A program made the translations under genes and the position numbers. A DNA stretch of 63,778 nt, filler included, from Stramenopiles sp. TOSAG23-3 (lineage: Eukaryota), in the NCBI GenBank assembly GCA_900128585.1. It is 7 parts of 7 records of this genome, joined end to end, with 100 filler letters (N's around TTAATTAATTAA, not from the genome) between each part and the next. Parts side by side here need not be neighbours in the genome. Positions count along the whole stretch, not along the records: positions 26,562 to 52,935 come from LT642275.1; positions 53,036 to 55,106 come from LT645109.1; 5 more parts are not named here. One strand, 5' to 3'. Shown in pieces: positions 42,189 through 53,485 of the stretch. Within the stretch, counting starts at the first letter, position 1, and each line of letters begins with the position of its first letter. Below the pieces are notes generated by a model. It made no database searches and had not been told where the DNA came from. It saw nothing but the letters and a program-made list of their open reading frames with translations.

Positions 42189-43071
42189 AAACTATATATA
42201 TATATATATGTATATATCTCCCCCTCACGCGTAAAGTTGCACCAAAAGCAAAAATTCAACGATAGCAGAGAAAGGCGCGGTACAAACTAACGTGGGCGGC
42301 CGGCCGTTACGAAAACTGTTGGCCTTTGTCGGTCGGTGGTCGTCGCAGCGAGTACTTAAAAAAAGAAACAAACCTCCTATCAAACGACCTTACCGAATTT
42401 AATTTTTATTTACCAAATCCAATGTCAACAAAGATAAATAAAAGAAACAAAAAGAAACATTTCTTCATTTGTTCGTTCATTCTTCTTTACTTAAAAACAT
42501 AGATGACGACCCTTTCTTCAAATAATAATAAAGTAAATAAATAATAATAAAATAATAATAAAATATCACAATTATTATTATTGTTGTATATTGAAATTAA
42601 TTAATGATTTAACGGCATTGCATATTAAGGAGAAAAATAAAATAAAAAAAGAACTAATTACAATAAAATGATAGATCACTCACTATATAATAGATACAGT
42701 AATATAATATAGAATTAATAAAAACAATATTTAAATTATAGTATATTATACCTTACAATACTTCTTAGATTTAGAAGAAGAGGAGAAAATAGTAGAGTGA
42801 TTTCTTTTTTTTTAATAATAATTAATAATTAAAATAGACTACTTAATAAAGGCGATTAGTGAAGGGGAGTTTTGGGCTGAATGAATGAAGAAGTTTAAAG
42901 TTAAAATAAATAAATAATAATCAAATAATTAAAAAAAAAAATCCAAAAATAATGTTATGATTAGGGTTATTATTATATATATTTTCATAGAAAGAAGGAA
43001 GGAAGGATAAGTATTCATGGAAGACCACAGCCCAGCCCAGCCCAGCCCAGCATATTTTTTAAAATTTAAAT

Positions 43072-44361
43072 TTAGGCACAACGCTGACCAATAAAAGCAG
43101 CCCCGTGCTCGGCATACTCTGCTTTTGTCATTGCTATTTGATTGTATGGCAGCGTTCCGAGAATGGAACCACCGAGCCATGCAGACATACCTCGGTTTTG
43201 AGGTTGTGCAGAAATGACATTGACAGGGATCGACTTTGGGGTCAGCGGGGCCAGCTCTTGGTTCAATCTCTCTGTAATGCCCGGCAGCGCACTGGACCCT
43301 CCAATCACAACCACATGGCTCCACATGTCACGGGCAAAATCAGCGTTGCACATACGCAGCGAAGAATATACAAGTTTACCCAAGGGCTCCACTCTTGAAA
43401 ACCGACCCCCAGACGGCGGGTCAAAGAGCATTTCTGGAATTTCTATGCGCACCTTCCCGCTGGCTTCGATGACGGTCCCGTCCGGAAGTTGGTATGGGGC
43501 GGAGGCCACTTGCGCGTCCAGCCCTCCCTCGGGGAGTTCTATCAGTGGAGTCTTCGACACGTAACAAACGCCCTCTTTGAACGATCGCGCAGTTTCTAGT
43601 CCGTGGAACCGCGTGTACGTGTCGTGAAACCTTTCCTCATCGTAGTCCGCCGAGTCGACGAGGTAGGACGGCAAACATTTCGACCCAGGGCTATTCTTTT
43701 GAATGCTGTCGTACATTTGCAGGGTCAATTCATGGCCTGCAAAGTTTGATTTGTGGACAGAGTTTCGGTTGAAAAAGCCGTCCTGCACTACCGTACTGCT
43801 TACAACAGAATGTCCGATGTCCACGCACACCGCCGACGTTCGGGCGTTTGCAAAAGTTCCCAGCACGGGGGTCTTTACCATGGACACTGCAGGGACCGTG
43901 TACTTCTCAAACAGCAACTCGCAGATTTTTTGCCGGTCGCTCGGCGGCACAAAGGGCTGTTCGGCAAGGATAAACGCACTTTCCGCCGGTGTCACTGCAT
44001 GGCGCCCCCGGCAACTCGAAGAGAAAAAGTAGTCCCACAGCTCTTCGTACCCACCCCAACTGTCCACCAAACCGGACGAGTTGAAAACGGGGCGAATGAT
44101 CATATCCGGCTGAACGGTCTCGAGCGCGCTCGCAACGAAGGAACGCTTCATTTGTTTCAAGCGCAAAGGGCTTCCTGGTTCAGCGGCGGGCGGGTTCCCC
44201 CCATCATTATTTTCTAAAACATAACCCACAGAGCTGGAAAAGGAGACCGGCACGGTGTCACCCGACATTCCTGCACGAAACTGGTGCGCACCAATGTCAC
44301 ACACCCAAGTGCTGACTGCCTCCACGGGCGCATCCGCGCTCAAACCACCTGCAAGCATCAT
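43072..44361 (-). CDS. ARP4: Nuclear actin-related protein, ARP4/ACTL6-like
   Basis: VCDIGAHQFRAG, ELLFEKY, FANARTSAVCVDIG, YQLPDG, AWLGGSILGTL, KAEYAEHG...QRCA. First ATG is at 44361. Confidence 0.75.
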   Translation of the reverse strand: MMLAGGLSADAPVEAVSTWVCDIGAHQFRAGMSGDTVPVSFSSSVGYVLENNDGGNPPAAEPGSPLRLKQMKRSFVASALETVQPDMIIRPVFNSSGLVDSWGGYEELWDYFFSSSCRGRHAVTPAESAFILAEQPFVPPSDRQKICELLFEKYTVPAVSMVKTPVLGTFANARTSAVCVDIGHSVVSSTVVQDGFFNRNSVHKSNFAGHELTLQMYDSIQKNSPGSKCLPSYLVDSADYDEERFHDTYTRFHGLETARSFKEGVCYVSKTPLIELPEGGLDAQVASAPYQLPDGTVIEASGKVRIEIPEMLFDPPSGGRFSRVEPLGKLVYSSLRMCNADFARDMWSHVVVIGGSSALPGITERLNQELAPLTPKSIPVNVISAQPQNRGMSAWLGGSILGTLPYNQIAMTKAEYAEHGAAFIGQRCA

Positions 44362-44745
44362 TTTCGAAGAAAGAAAAAACCAAATGAAGGGTGGTCGGTC
44401 GCAAACGAAACGAAGGAAAAACAACGTACGAAACAAAAAATTTACCCCAAAGAAAGAGAAAATTAGACAGATCGAAGAAGCAGAAAAGTGATGGACGGTA
44501 GGTATCCACAATTATACCTGTCTATCCCTATCTATCTATCTATCTATCGCGATCCATTTATCGCGATCCATTTATTCGTATTTTATTATTTATTATAATA
44601 TTAATTATTATTATTTTTTATTATTAAAAAAAAAATATTATATAAAAAATATGATGCGGCGTGAGTTCTTCTTTCTTCTTCTTTCTTCTTTCTTCTCTTT
44701 CTTCTTCTTTCTTCTTTCTTCTCTTTCTTCTTTCTTTTTAAATTC

Positions 44746-44970
44746 TAGGGCTGGACAAAATAATCCACCTAAAATTAAGGATATGTATCTATATGTATTA
44801 TATATGCTATGTTTATATAAAAGGATATACTTTATCACTTGTTTAATTCTATTTAGTTATAATTAATATCATTTATAATATAAATCATTTAAATAAATAC
44901 AAATACAATAGAATCATCATTCCAAAGGGATACATATTTATATATATATATCCTTAATTAAGAAGGGACA
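44746..44970. mobile_element. MITE-like element copy 1 (hAT-like TAGGG terminus)
   Basis: Starts TAGGGCTGGACAAAATAATCCACCTAAAATTAAGGA and has a degenerate inverted end near 44930-44968. The first ~120 bp recur at ~49376-49490. Confidence 0.55.
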
Positions 44971-45124
44971 CCATTCATTTCATTTGATGTGAATTTTAAA
45001 AATATTGCTTTGATTACCAAAGTTTATAATCGTATTAAATCTATTTAACCTATATAGCCAACCTATTTCACCTTTCTTTTCTCTGCTGGCTGTGGGTAAG
45101 ACGCACAAAAATAAAAAATAATAT

Positions 45125-45300
45125 TCTTCTTCTTCTTCTTCTTCTTCTTCTTCTTCTCTCTTCTTTCTTCTTTCTTCTTTCTTCTTTCTTCTTTCTTCTT
45201 TCTTCTTTCTTCTTTCTTCTTCTTTCTTCTTCTTCTTTCTTTCTTCTTCTTCTTCTTCTTCTTCTTTCTTCTTCTTCTTCTTCTTCATTCTTCTTTTTTC
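45125..45300. repeat. (TTC)n/(TTTC)n microsatellite; similar tracts at ~52515-52580, 52848-52935 and 57203-57276
   Basis: Directly visible simple repeats; two of the tracts end contigs. Confidence 0.95.
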
Positions 45301-45652
45301 TCTCTCCTCTGCTCTCTGCTCTGTTAAAAAAAAAAAAAAAATGTTTTTTGTTTATCACGTCCATTAGTACCGGTATATTATTATCGCAAAAAAAATAAAT
45401 ATAATAATAAACAAATCTTATTTCATAGAAGACTACTCATCTTATAAGTCGAAGAAAAAGAAAGAAAGAAGGGAATCTTTCATGTCTTATTTTCATGTTG
45501 TCTATTAGATTCGATTCTTCAATCGATTGATACTTTGTTTGAACGATATCGTTGGGCTGAATTGGTTGTTTCTCGTTTGTATACTTTGAAAGGTAAGCGG
45601 CGGCGTTCGAGAAGGTTACGGAGAGGCAGGGCGCATACATAGAAAACGCAAC

Positions 45653-47689
45653 ATGTCGTTGGCGTGGCGCACCATATTGTTAAAATCGAAGAGTCGGTTC
45701 GTGAGAGGCGCAAGGCCGTCGTCGCCATTTTTCACGCCATTTAGGCGTTTTCCATCGCACAGCGTCAGGACAAGTGCAACGAAATCCGGCTCGTCGTCGT
45801 TCCACGACAAATTGACAAATACCACCGAGGGGGAGACGGAAGATGCGAAGAAAAAATTGATTCGCGAGACGTGGCGGTACGTGTGGCCCGAGGACAAAAA
45901 GGAGTGGAACCTGTGGACCGGGGTTAAGCCGCGGGTCATAGCCGCGCTGAGCTGTATGATTGGTGGAAAGCTTATCATGATTCAGGTCCCATTTTTGTTT
46001 AAGAACATTGTCGACACGCTGGTGGTCCAGGCCCCCGGGGCAGCAGAGATTGCCCCGGAGCTGGCCACCGTCGCCACCACGGCGGTCCCCATGTCGTTGC
46101 TCCTCGGGTACGGCTTGGCGCGGAGCTCTGCGATGGGGTTTCAGGAGCTTCGCAACGCTGTTTTTGCCACCGTCGCCCAGCCCGCCGTCCGGCGGGTCGC
46201 TCGTGGGGTCTTTCAGCACATTCACAACCTGGACTTAAAGTTCCATTTGGAGCGCCAGACGGGGGCGTTGACGCGCGTCTTGGACCGCGGGTCTCGGTCC
46301 ATCTCGTTCGTAATGTCCGCCTTGGTGTTCAACGTCGTCCCGACCACGCTGGAGCTGGGGATCGTGTGCGGCATCCTTACCCACCAGATAGGGGTCCAGT
46401 ACGCCATGGTGACAACGGGGACGATCGCCGCGTATATCGCGTGGACGCTGGGGATCACCCACTGGCGCACGAAGTTCCGCATTCAAATGAACGCGCTGGA
46501 GAACGAGGCGAGCAGCAAGGCCGTCGACTCGTTGATCAACTACGAGACCGTGAAGTACTTCAACAACGAGGAGTACGAGGCAGACCGTTACGACGTCTCG
46601 CTGCGGGGGTACCAGAAGGCCGCCAGCAAAACGCAGACCTCCCTCTCCCTTTTGAACTTTGGGCAGCACGCAATTTTCAGCACCGGGATGACGGCGATGA
46701 TGGTGCTTGCGGCCCACGGGGTGGTGGACGGGACCATGACCGTGGGGGACCTGGTGCTGGTGAACGGCCTCTTGTTCCAGCTGTCGCTGCCCTTGAATTT
46801 TGTCGGGAGCGTTTACCGGGAGCTGCGGCAGGCCCTCATCGACATGGACCAAATGTTTACGTTGCGGCAGCAGCACCCCCAAGTGGTCAGCGCGCCGAAC
46901 GCGAAAACGCTGGACGTCAAGGGCGCGTCGATCGAGTTCGAAGACGTGAAGTTTGGCTACGAGGACGGTGGTGGTCGTCAAATCTTCGACGGCGTCAACT
47001 TCCACCTGCCCGCCGGGCAAACCATGGCGGTGGTGGGCGGGAGCGGGGCCGGAAAGTCGACGGTCTTGCGCCTGCTGTACCGATTTTTTGATGCACAGTC
47101 CGGCACGATCAAGGTAGACGACCAGGACATATCCGGCGTCACGTTGGACAGCCTTCGCCAGTCGATCGGCGTCATTCCGCAGGATTGCGTCCTGTTCAAC
47201 GAGACCATATTTGCCAACATCCAGTACGGGAATTTGAACGCGTCGGAGGAGGAAGTGTACGCGGCGGCGAAGGGCGCCCAAATCCACGATGCCGTCATGT
47301 CGTTCCCCGAAGGTTACGGGACGAAAGTCGGGGAGCGCGGCCTGAAGCTCAGCGGGGGCGAGAAGCAGCGCGTCGCGATCGCTCGGGCCATCTTGAAGAA
47401 CGCCCCAATCTTGGTGTGCGACGAGGCGACGAGCGCGCTGGACGGGTCCACGGAGACTCAAATCATGGACACGCTGCGCGACGTAAGCTCCGATAGAACC
47501 ACCATCATCATTGCGCACCGCCTGTCTACGATTCAGCACGCGGACCATATCATTGTGCTGGACAACGGAAAGGTCGCAGAGCAAGGGTCCCCGGAAGCGT
47601 TGATGAGCAACGAGGGGGGTATGTACCACAGGATGCTGCACGAGCAGCAGCAGCAGACGGGGGAGGACGACGCGCGGGGCCTGGAGTAG
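45653..47689 (+). CDS. ATM1: Mitochondrial ABC half-transporter ATM1/ABCB7
   Basis: Arg/Ser-rich presequence; [39 protein letters not shown]; Walker [10 protein letters not shown], signature [23 protein letters not shown]. Confidence 0.96.
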   Translation: MSLAWRTILLKSKSRFVRGARPSSPFFTPFRRFPSHSVRTSATKSGSSSFHDKLTNTTEGETEDAKKKLIRETWRYVWPEDKKEWNLWTGVKPRVIAALSCMIGGKLIMIQVPFLFKNIVDTLVVQAPGAAEIAPELATVATTAVPMSLLLGYGLARSSAMGFQELRNAVFATVAQPAVRRVARGVFQHIHNLDLKFHLERQTGALTRVLDRGSRSISFVMSALVFNVVPTTLELGIVCGILTHQIGVQYAMVTTGTIAAYIAWTLGITHWRTKFRIQMNALENEASSKAVDSLINYETVKYFNNEEYEADRYDVSLRGYQKAASKTQTSLSLLNFGQHAIFSTGMTAMMVLAAHGVVDGTMTVGDLVLVNGLLFQLSLPLNFVGSVYRELRQALIDMDQMFTLRQQHPQVVSAPNAKTLDVKGASIEFEDVKFGYEDGGGRQIFDGVNFHLPAGQTMAVVGGSGAGKSTVLRLLYRFFDAQSGTIKVDDQDISGVTLDSLRQSIGVIPQDCVLFNETIFANIQYGNLNASEEEVYAAAKGAQIHDAVMSFPEGYGTKVGERGLKLSGGEKQRVAIARAILKNAPILVCDEATSALDGSTETQIMDTLRDVSSDRTTIIIAHRLSTIQHADHIIVLDNGKVAEQGSPEALMSNEGGMYHRMLHEQQQQTGEDDARGLE

Positions 47690-47839
47690 TCCCTCTGAAG
47701 AGATCATAGTTTTTAGTTCTCCTTAAATACGAAGTACATGATATGAAAAAACAAATTATTACTTACCACGCCCAGTATCAATTCTTAGTCATAAAAAAGT
47801 GCGCATATAATCTCTGTATAATCTTACGTGTAAAAACGA

Positions 47840-49003
47840 TTAAAAACCTTTCGCTTTCCCTACAATATTGTGGAACAACTCTTTGATCGTCTTCACAACG
47901 GCTTTGGTGGCCAGCTCGTCCGACTCACGGTGTGAGGTTCTTGCGTGGTAGGCCTCCTCAAACTTTGCGCACTGCATGGACGCTGCATCCACGGACGCTT
48001 TTGCGTTTTCGGCTATTAATCGGTAGCTCCAGTCGCCGGAGCCGGTGTTCAAGGCGTTCAGGGCCATAACGGCGCGCTTGTGCGTCTTCACCATATCCTC
48101 CAACTTGTCGTCCTGTTTCAAGAACTGGGACTCGGCCATGTTGAACTCGAGCTCCAGCCTCCCCAACTCTTTCTCGTAAAGACCCTTCGATTCTATCAAT
48201 TGCTTCGCATGTTGTTTGGAAGCAGCGTTTAGTTCGCCTCTAATCTCGTCCATGATTTCCTGCATGCCTTCCGGCATCCCGGTGGTCTTGGCCCCCTTCA
48301 CGACCTTGGGCTTTTCGTTGATCTTTGTGGCCGGGTCGCTCTCCTCTGGAAACTTCTTCGGGATCAGGGCGCGCTTGACGTGGGCGTGCAAGCGTTTCCA
48401 CAGCTTCGACATGTGCGAAGTGCCCCTAGAGCGCACTTCCAAGAAGGAGGCAAGGTTCTTCCCGTTCAATTTCGCGGCAAGGTCCGCGGCGCCCTTCTTA
48501 ATGTACTTTTCCAGGCTCCCAAGCATGCGATGGTTGTCCTTTGTAAACGCCTCGTGCACGGTGTGCTGGGCCTCCTCATGGACGCGTTGCTGTTTCAACA
48601 AGCGCAGGGTCTCGTTGACACGGTACATGACTTGCCGGAGCGCGTCGACCTTGTGGCGCTGGATGGTCACCATCTTGGCGGAGTCGCCGACGGCGGCCAA
48701 GTCTTCTTTCACTTTCAAGGTGGACGACTTCAAGTCGCTGACGTCCTCGTCCATGACCATCGTGGCGTTCTTGATCTCGCTCGCACAGCGTGCTTTGATG
48801 TGGCTGAACGTCGCCGCGTCCCTGTCCTGGTCGTGCCTCATATCCAATATGACTTTGCCGAGGGTATCTATCATAACTTGGGCAGGGGACTTCTTCCCTT
48901 TGAAGTCCATCTCGAATTCACCCGTGGGCGCGTCCCGGACGCCTACAGCACTCGCCGAAACGGCAAGCCCAACTAATACTAGAACCAACGAACGCGTGTA
49001 CAT
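47840..49003 (-). CDS. Secreted coiled-coil protein with an SFLEV motif
   Basis: Signal peptide MYTRSLVLVLVGLAVSASA; long heptad segments with isolated Cys on either side of ASFLEV. Confidence 0.7.
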   Translation of the reverse strand: MYTRSLVLVLVGLAVSASAVGVRDAPTGEFEMDFKGKKSPAQVMIDTLGKVILDMRHDQDRDAATFSHIKARCASEIKNATMVMDEDVSDLKSSTLKVKEDLAAVGDSAKMVTIQRHKVDALRQVMYRVNETLRLLKQQRVHEEAQHTVHEAFTKDNHRMLGSLEKYIKKGAADLAAKLNGKNLASFLEVRSRGTSHMSKLWKRLHAHVKRALIPKKFPEESDPATKINEKPKVVKGAKTTGMPEGMQEIMDEIRGELNAASKQHAKQLIESKGLYEKELGRLELEFNMAESQFLKQDDKLEDMVKTHKRAVMALNALNTGSGDWSYRLIAENAKASVDAASMQCAKFEEAYHARTSHRESDELATKAVVKTIKELFHNIVGKAKGF

Positions 49004-49369
49004 TCTTAATATAATAAAATAACGCTTTCTTCTCTACAAACGAACGACGCAAATGAGCAAGAAAGGCCTAAAGCTAGAAAGGAACCAAAAATTAAATGAA
49101 TTGGAATACAAACCGTAATGTATACACGAAAGAAACTAATCCCTAAATACTCACACTCAAATTGCACCCAGACAAGACGAAATGTACATTTGTCGCCTTG
49201 CTTCTTCTTCTTCTTCTTCTTCCCAACAGAAACGATATAAAATGAAATGGAAAAGGAATGAATTATTGTTGCCTCCCTAATTGTTTACCGAAGTACCTCT
49301 TACTACATTGGTATATAATACAAATAAGGAAGCAAGAAGAAGCTTCTTCACTTTCTTAAAATAATTTAT

Positions 49370-49612
49370 TCGAGATGGACAAAATAATCCATAATTAAGG
49401 ATATGTATATATAGGAATTATATATACTGTGTATATATAAAATAGGTATATTTTATTATATTTTAAATTCTATTTAGTTATAATTAATTATTAAGAAATG
49501 ATTTCATCTAAATCCCTTTAGATACATAGCTTTATGATAACAATGGATCTCATTTCGTTATCTCTATAAACTAATTTCCTTAATTTTAGGTGGCTTAACT
49601 CGTCCAGCCCTA
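49370..49612. mobile_element. MITE-like element copy 2
   Basis: The left part repeats 44752-44868. The right end 49577-49612 is the reverse complement of 44746-44781 at 32/36 positions. Confidence 0.6.
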
Positions 49613-49764
49613 TGCTAGATAAATGTCTTACTAATAGACTGTTATAATATAAAATACATACAAATAGAAAGNNNNNNNNNNNNNNNNNNNNNNNNNNNNN
49701 NNNNNNNNNNNNNNNCCTCTTTCCACTTTCTCTTTCTTCAAAAAAAATGGAGATTGACACCTCG

Positions 49765-49932
49765 TTAGAGTTATTAATAGGGTTAAGAGAAAACACATCA
49801 TTAGAGGTATTAATAGGGTTAAGAGAAGAACATATCATTAGAGGTATTAATAGGGTTTCAAGAAGAACATATCATTAGAGTTATTAATAGGGTTTCAAGA
49901 AGAACATATCATTAGAGTTATTAATAAGGTTA
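49765..49932. repeat. Minisatellite, 36-37-bp unit, about 4.5 copies
   Basis: TTAGAG(G/T)TATTAATAGGGTT..AGAAGAACATATCA in head-to-tail array with no spacers. Confidence 0.92.
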
Positions 49933-50281
49933 AAAGAGAGAGAGCCCAAGGAAACACCCTTGTGGAAGCGCTATCATAGTCGTTCTACAGCACGTTCTGT
50001 CCTCCTGTAGTACGGTACGGTACCGTACTTTTAAAAGTAAGATATAAATATAGATAACAAGTTTTTTTCTTAGTCGTCTGGATTCGATATTATTTATGCA
50101 TGTGTGCGTACCACCTAGCATAGGCATTATATTGTACTTTGCACGGTTAGGGTGAAAATATATAAAATGGCTTTTTGTATTTACACAACAGAGAGGTCAA
50201 GCCGCCTTAACACCTTCTTCCGGACACCCGAAAGGGGAAAAGGGGGACGACTTTCTTTGCGGTCTGTTCATCGACCATAAG

Positions 50282-52183
50282 TTAATGACCGGATGGTCCC
50301 GTTTCGGCCGCATCGTAGCAAGTTTGGTGCGCAAAATTCAAGAGAGAATCGTCGCAGCCCTTTGAGATCAAGTAGTCTCCTAAATTGTAGTACGCGTACA
50401 TAAAGCAAAAATGAAGCGCGGTGTTGCCGCTGCGGTTCGTCGCGTTGAGTTTTGCACTATAGCGGAGGCACAGCTTAACTATTCGTTTTTGGCCGTTTTG
50501 GCACGCTATGAGCAGCAGCGTGTTCCCGTGGGGGTCCCTGGAATCAACGGGCATGCCACCCTCTAAGGCGTTGCGGACCTCTTCGATCCGGCCGTGGCGG
50601 GCACGACTGAATACCATGGCGTAGGCACTGTCGTAGGTATCGCCGTCGTTCGTGTCCTTGGCGGGGCGTTCCGGCCCGGCCTTGGAATTTCTCCCACGCC
50701 GGACGAACCTGCCCTCGCGGGCCCGAAGGGAGGCTTTGCTGGCCGCGGGGGGAGTCTTCCCACGGCCCATGCCCCCACGGTTGTTGTTGGAGTGCCTGTT
50801 TTCCTCGTTCGAGAAGCTATCGTCGGAGGAGACTTCCTCCGACGCGCGAGCTGGCGTTTTCGGACGAAACTTCCGAGATTGTTGAAACTTTTTGATTGTT
50901 GCCGCGGGGCTTCGGTCGGACTGAAACATGGTCTTTATGCGCCGCGCGGTGTCTCCTTCCTCGGGGCTTTTCACGGGGGAAACGGGGGGTGCTGCTCCTG
51001 CGTGCCGCCGAGCGGGGGTTTTGTGATGCTGTTGGTAACCGTGCGCGTAACCCTGGTTCTGGGATGCCGGCGCGTACCCTTCCTCTTCGTACTTTTGCTC
51101 CACATTCCACTCCTCCTGGCCCAGCCAGTTCCCCTCCGCGTCATAGTTCTGGTCCCACTCCTGTTGTTGTCCAGGGGCTTCATACCCGTTGTTGTTGTAC
51201 TGTTCGCCGTTCCATTCCTCGCCCAGCCAGTTCCCTTCCGCATCGTAGTTCTGGTCCCAGTCTTGCTGGTGATGTTGGTGCCCGTGCTCCTCTTCGTGCT
51301 TCTGTTCACCGTTCCACTCCTCCCCTAGCCAGTTCCCTTCCGCATCGTAGTTCTGGTCCCAGTCTTGCTGTGCCTGGGCCTCCTCGCACTTTCCTTCTGC
51401 CTCATGGACCGCCGGCTCCTCCTGCTTTTCTTCCTCTTTGGACTCGTACGCGGCCGCCGCGTCGATCGCGGGGCTCCGCACCGGGGAGAACGGGGTGGAC
51501 GCGCTGGGCTTCCTCTTCCCCCCACTTTTTGGCGCGGGGGTCACCAGGACTTTGTTCAAACGCGCTTTATTTTCTTTACCCCCGTCTTCTTCGCCACTGC
51601 AATCTCCCCCTTGAACCCCCATCTTCAGCCTTGTCGGAGTAGGAATGTTGCCATGCTTAACCTTTTTCGTCTTGTTCTTCTTCATGGGGGCAGGCGCCGG
51701 GGCATCCTCTTTGTTCGCCTTTGGCTGCTTGGTTTTCTCGTACCATTTTCTCGGCTCGTCGTTTCGTTTGGAAGGCGTCACCTTCCCTTTCATTTTGTCG
51801 TCGTACTTGCTTTTGTTTTTCGCCTGATTGATTGATGGAAACGAACGCGCGGTTTCTGGGGACGCGTTGCCCCGGGCCGAGCGTTTTGGCTTCTCTATGA
51901 AACCGGTGGCTTCCGGCCTCGCCCTGCACTTCTGCCTCTGTTGTTCCTTGCGTGCGACCCTTTTCGCATTTTTCGAGGGAGTAACTCCACCGTACAATGT
52001 GTTTGGGTTCAAAGACACCAAGGTCGGCAATGGCCTCCGGTTATTACCATGCCGCATTGAGCGGCCTAAATCCATTTTTTTCTTCCGCAGGAGAGCCTCT
52101 GGTTGGAACGCAAACTCGTCGTCTGAGTCCGGGCGAGCGTTTACCCCGTGTTCTATGCATTTGGGTCCTGTCCAAATATCCAT
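50282..52183 (-). CDS. Ankyrin-repeat protein with internal Trp-rich repeats
   Basis: C-terminal DPHGNTLLLIACQNG and NRSGNTALHFC. Three WDQNYDAEGNWLG(Q)EEWN repeats. First ATG is at 52183. Confidence 0.85.
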   Translation of the reverse strand: MDIWTGPKCIEHGVNARPDSDDEFAFQPEALLRKKKMDLGRSMRHGNNRRPLPTLVSLNPNTLYGGVTPSKNAKRVARKEQQRQKCRARPEATGFIEKPKRSARGNASPETARSFPSINQAKNKSKYDDKMKGKVTPSKRNDEPRKWYEKTKQPKANKEDAPAPAPMKKNKTKKVKHGNIPTPTRLKMGVQGGDCSGEEDGGKENKARLNKVLVTPAPKSGGKRKPSASTPFSPVRSPAIDAAAAYESKEEEKQEEPAVHEAEGKCEEAQAQQDWDQNYDAEGNWLGEEWNGEQKHEEEHGHQHHQQDWDQNYDAEGNWLGEEWNGEQYNNNGYEAPGQQQEWDQNYDAEGNWLGQEEWNVEQKYEEEGYAPASQNQGYAHGYQQHHKTPARRHAGAAPPVSPVKSPEEGDTARRIKTMFQSDRSPAATIKKFQQSRKFRPKTPARASEEVSSDDSFSNEENRHSNNNRGGMGRGKTPPAASKASLRAREGRFVRRGRNSKAGPERPAKDTNDGDTYDSAYAMVFSRARHGRIEEVRNALEGGMPVDSRDPHGNTLLLIACQNGQKRIVKLCLRYSAKLNATNRSGNTALHFCFMYAYYNLGDYLISKGCDDSLLNFAHQTCYDAAETGPSGH

Positions 52184-52935
52184 GGTGGTGGTACAAAACG
52201 TGCGCAATAAGCAAACAACAAACAATGAACCTGAAAAAAGTTTAACGCTCTTTCGAATATTCACACAGAATATTTTTATCAAGTTTCAATATCATTTGTA
52301 CGTCAGTAAAAAACCAAGCTCTCTCTCTCTTTTCTTTCGGAACAGGAGAGAAATGTTTTTTGGTAATAAAAAAATAGAAAGAAAGAAAAAAGTTGTTTTG
52401 TTGCGACATTTTTTCTTAAAAAAAAAATATTGTTGAGAAAAAAATAAAATAATATTTTACATAATAATAAACACAGCATTAATTTAAAATCAAAATATAA
52501 TATTATTATTTTTTTCTTCTTCTTCTTCTTCTTTCTTCTATTCTTCTTCTTCTTCTTCTTTTTCTTCTTCTTCTTCTTTAAAATTATTATTATTTATTAT
52601 ATTAGTCGAACCCCACCACACCATCATCACATCTTTCTCGATTGATTATTTATTTTTTTGCCGATTATTATACCCTATGTACCTGTTATTTTATTTATCC
52701 AAGAAGAAGGGTTAAAAGTTAAATAATTTGAGTAATAAGTTTTAAATAATGCTGTATAATGTATTACATTATAGCATAGAGCTTGAACTAATAACGATTG
52801 ACTAACGTTCATTAGTCGTCTTCTTAAAGTCGTTCAAGCTTCTCCTGAAAGAAAGAAAGAGGAAGAAAGAAAGAAAGAAGAAGAGGAAGAAAGAAAGAAA
52901 GAAGAAGAGGAAGAAAGAAAGAAAGAAGAAGAGGA

Positions 52936-53035
52936 NNNNNNNNNNNNNNNNNNNNNNNNNNNNNNNNNNNNNNNNNNNNTTAATTAATTAANNNNNNNNN
53001 NNNNNNNNNNNNNNNNNNNNNNNNNNNNNNNNNNN
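52936..53035. other. Artificial contig linker
   Basis: N44-TTAATTAATTAA-N44. Confidence 0.97.
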
Positions 53036-53404
53036 CCTTTAACGCCATTGCCTTTAGAACAATCCAATGGCTTTATGGGCGCAGGACATTCTTTCCATTT
53101 CTTTAAGATACTAAAAATGTATTGCTTAAATCAAATTTATAGTAGTCAATAAATATCAAAAACGATAATGTCGTATGTTTCTAGCCAAGTGAGTTCCTTT
53201 CAAAGACAACATGAGTTCTTCCCATCTTCCAACAAATAAGTGTGGCTTCACTATCTTGTCCATTGGTGGCCTCAAGAAGAACCATATCAGATACCTTCGA
53301 GATGACTGTAGAATGAAGGAGTTAAGGTTCATTTGCAAGCATTGCTAATCCAGATACCGATTCGGATTGTTCATGGACTCCACTCTAGATTTCAGTTTTT
53401 AGTT

Positions 53405-53467
53405 TTCAGTTTTCAGTTCGCAGTACATTAATTTTAATTACTTAAATAACAGCCAATTTTCTTGTTT
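53405..53467. repeat. Long copy of the dispersed CAGTTCGCAGTACATTAATTTTAATTACTTAAATAACAGCCAATTTTCTTG repeat
   Basis: Near-identical to 22717-22753 and to the reverse complement of 55841-55886. Confidence 0.9.
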
Positions 53468-53485
53468 AAAAAAAAACAATTTATC

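Noticed and set aside
44980-45364. Lys/Glu/Arg-rich ORFs
   Set aside because: Translations of the (TTC)n microsatellite.
46235-47707. 490-aa antisense ORF and 241-aa alternative-frame ORF over ATM1
   Set aside because: Shadow ORFs expected from GC-rich codon usage of a conserved gene; no recognisable motifs.
49765-49932. 36-37-bp repeats as a CRISPR array
   Set aside because: Units are directly adjacent with no unique spacers, there are no cas genes, and the context is eukaryotic. It is a minisatellite.
53036-53385. Possible coding remnant
   Set aside because: The frames I translated contain stops and no recognisable motif; it cannot be supported.
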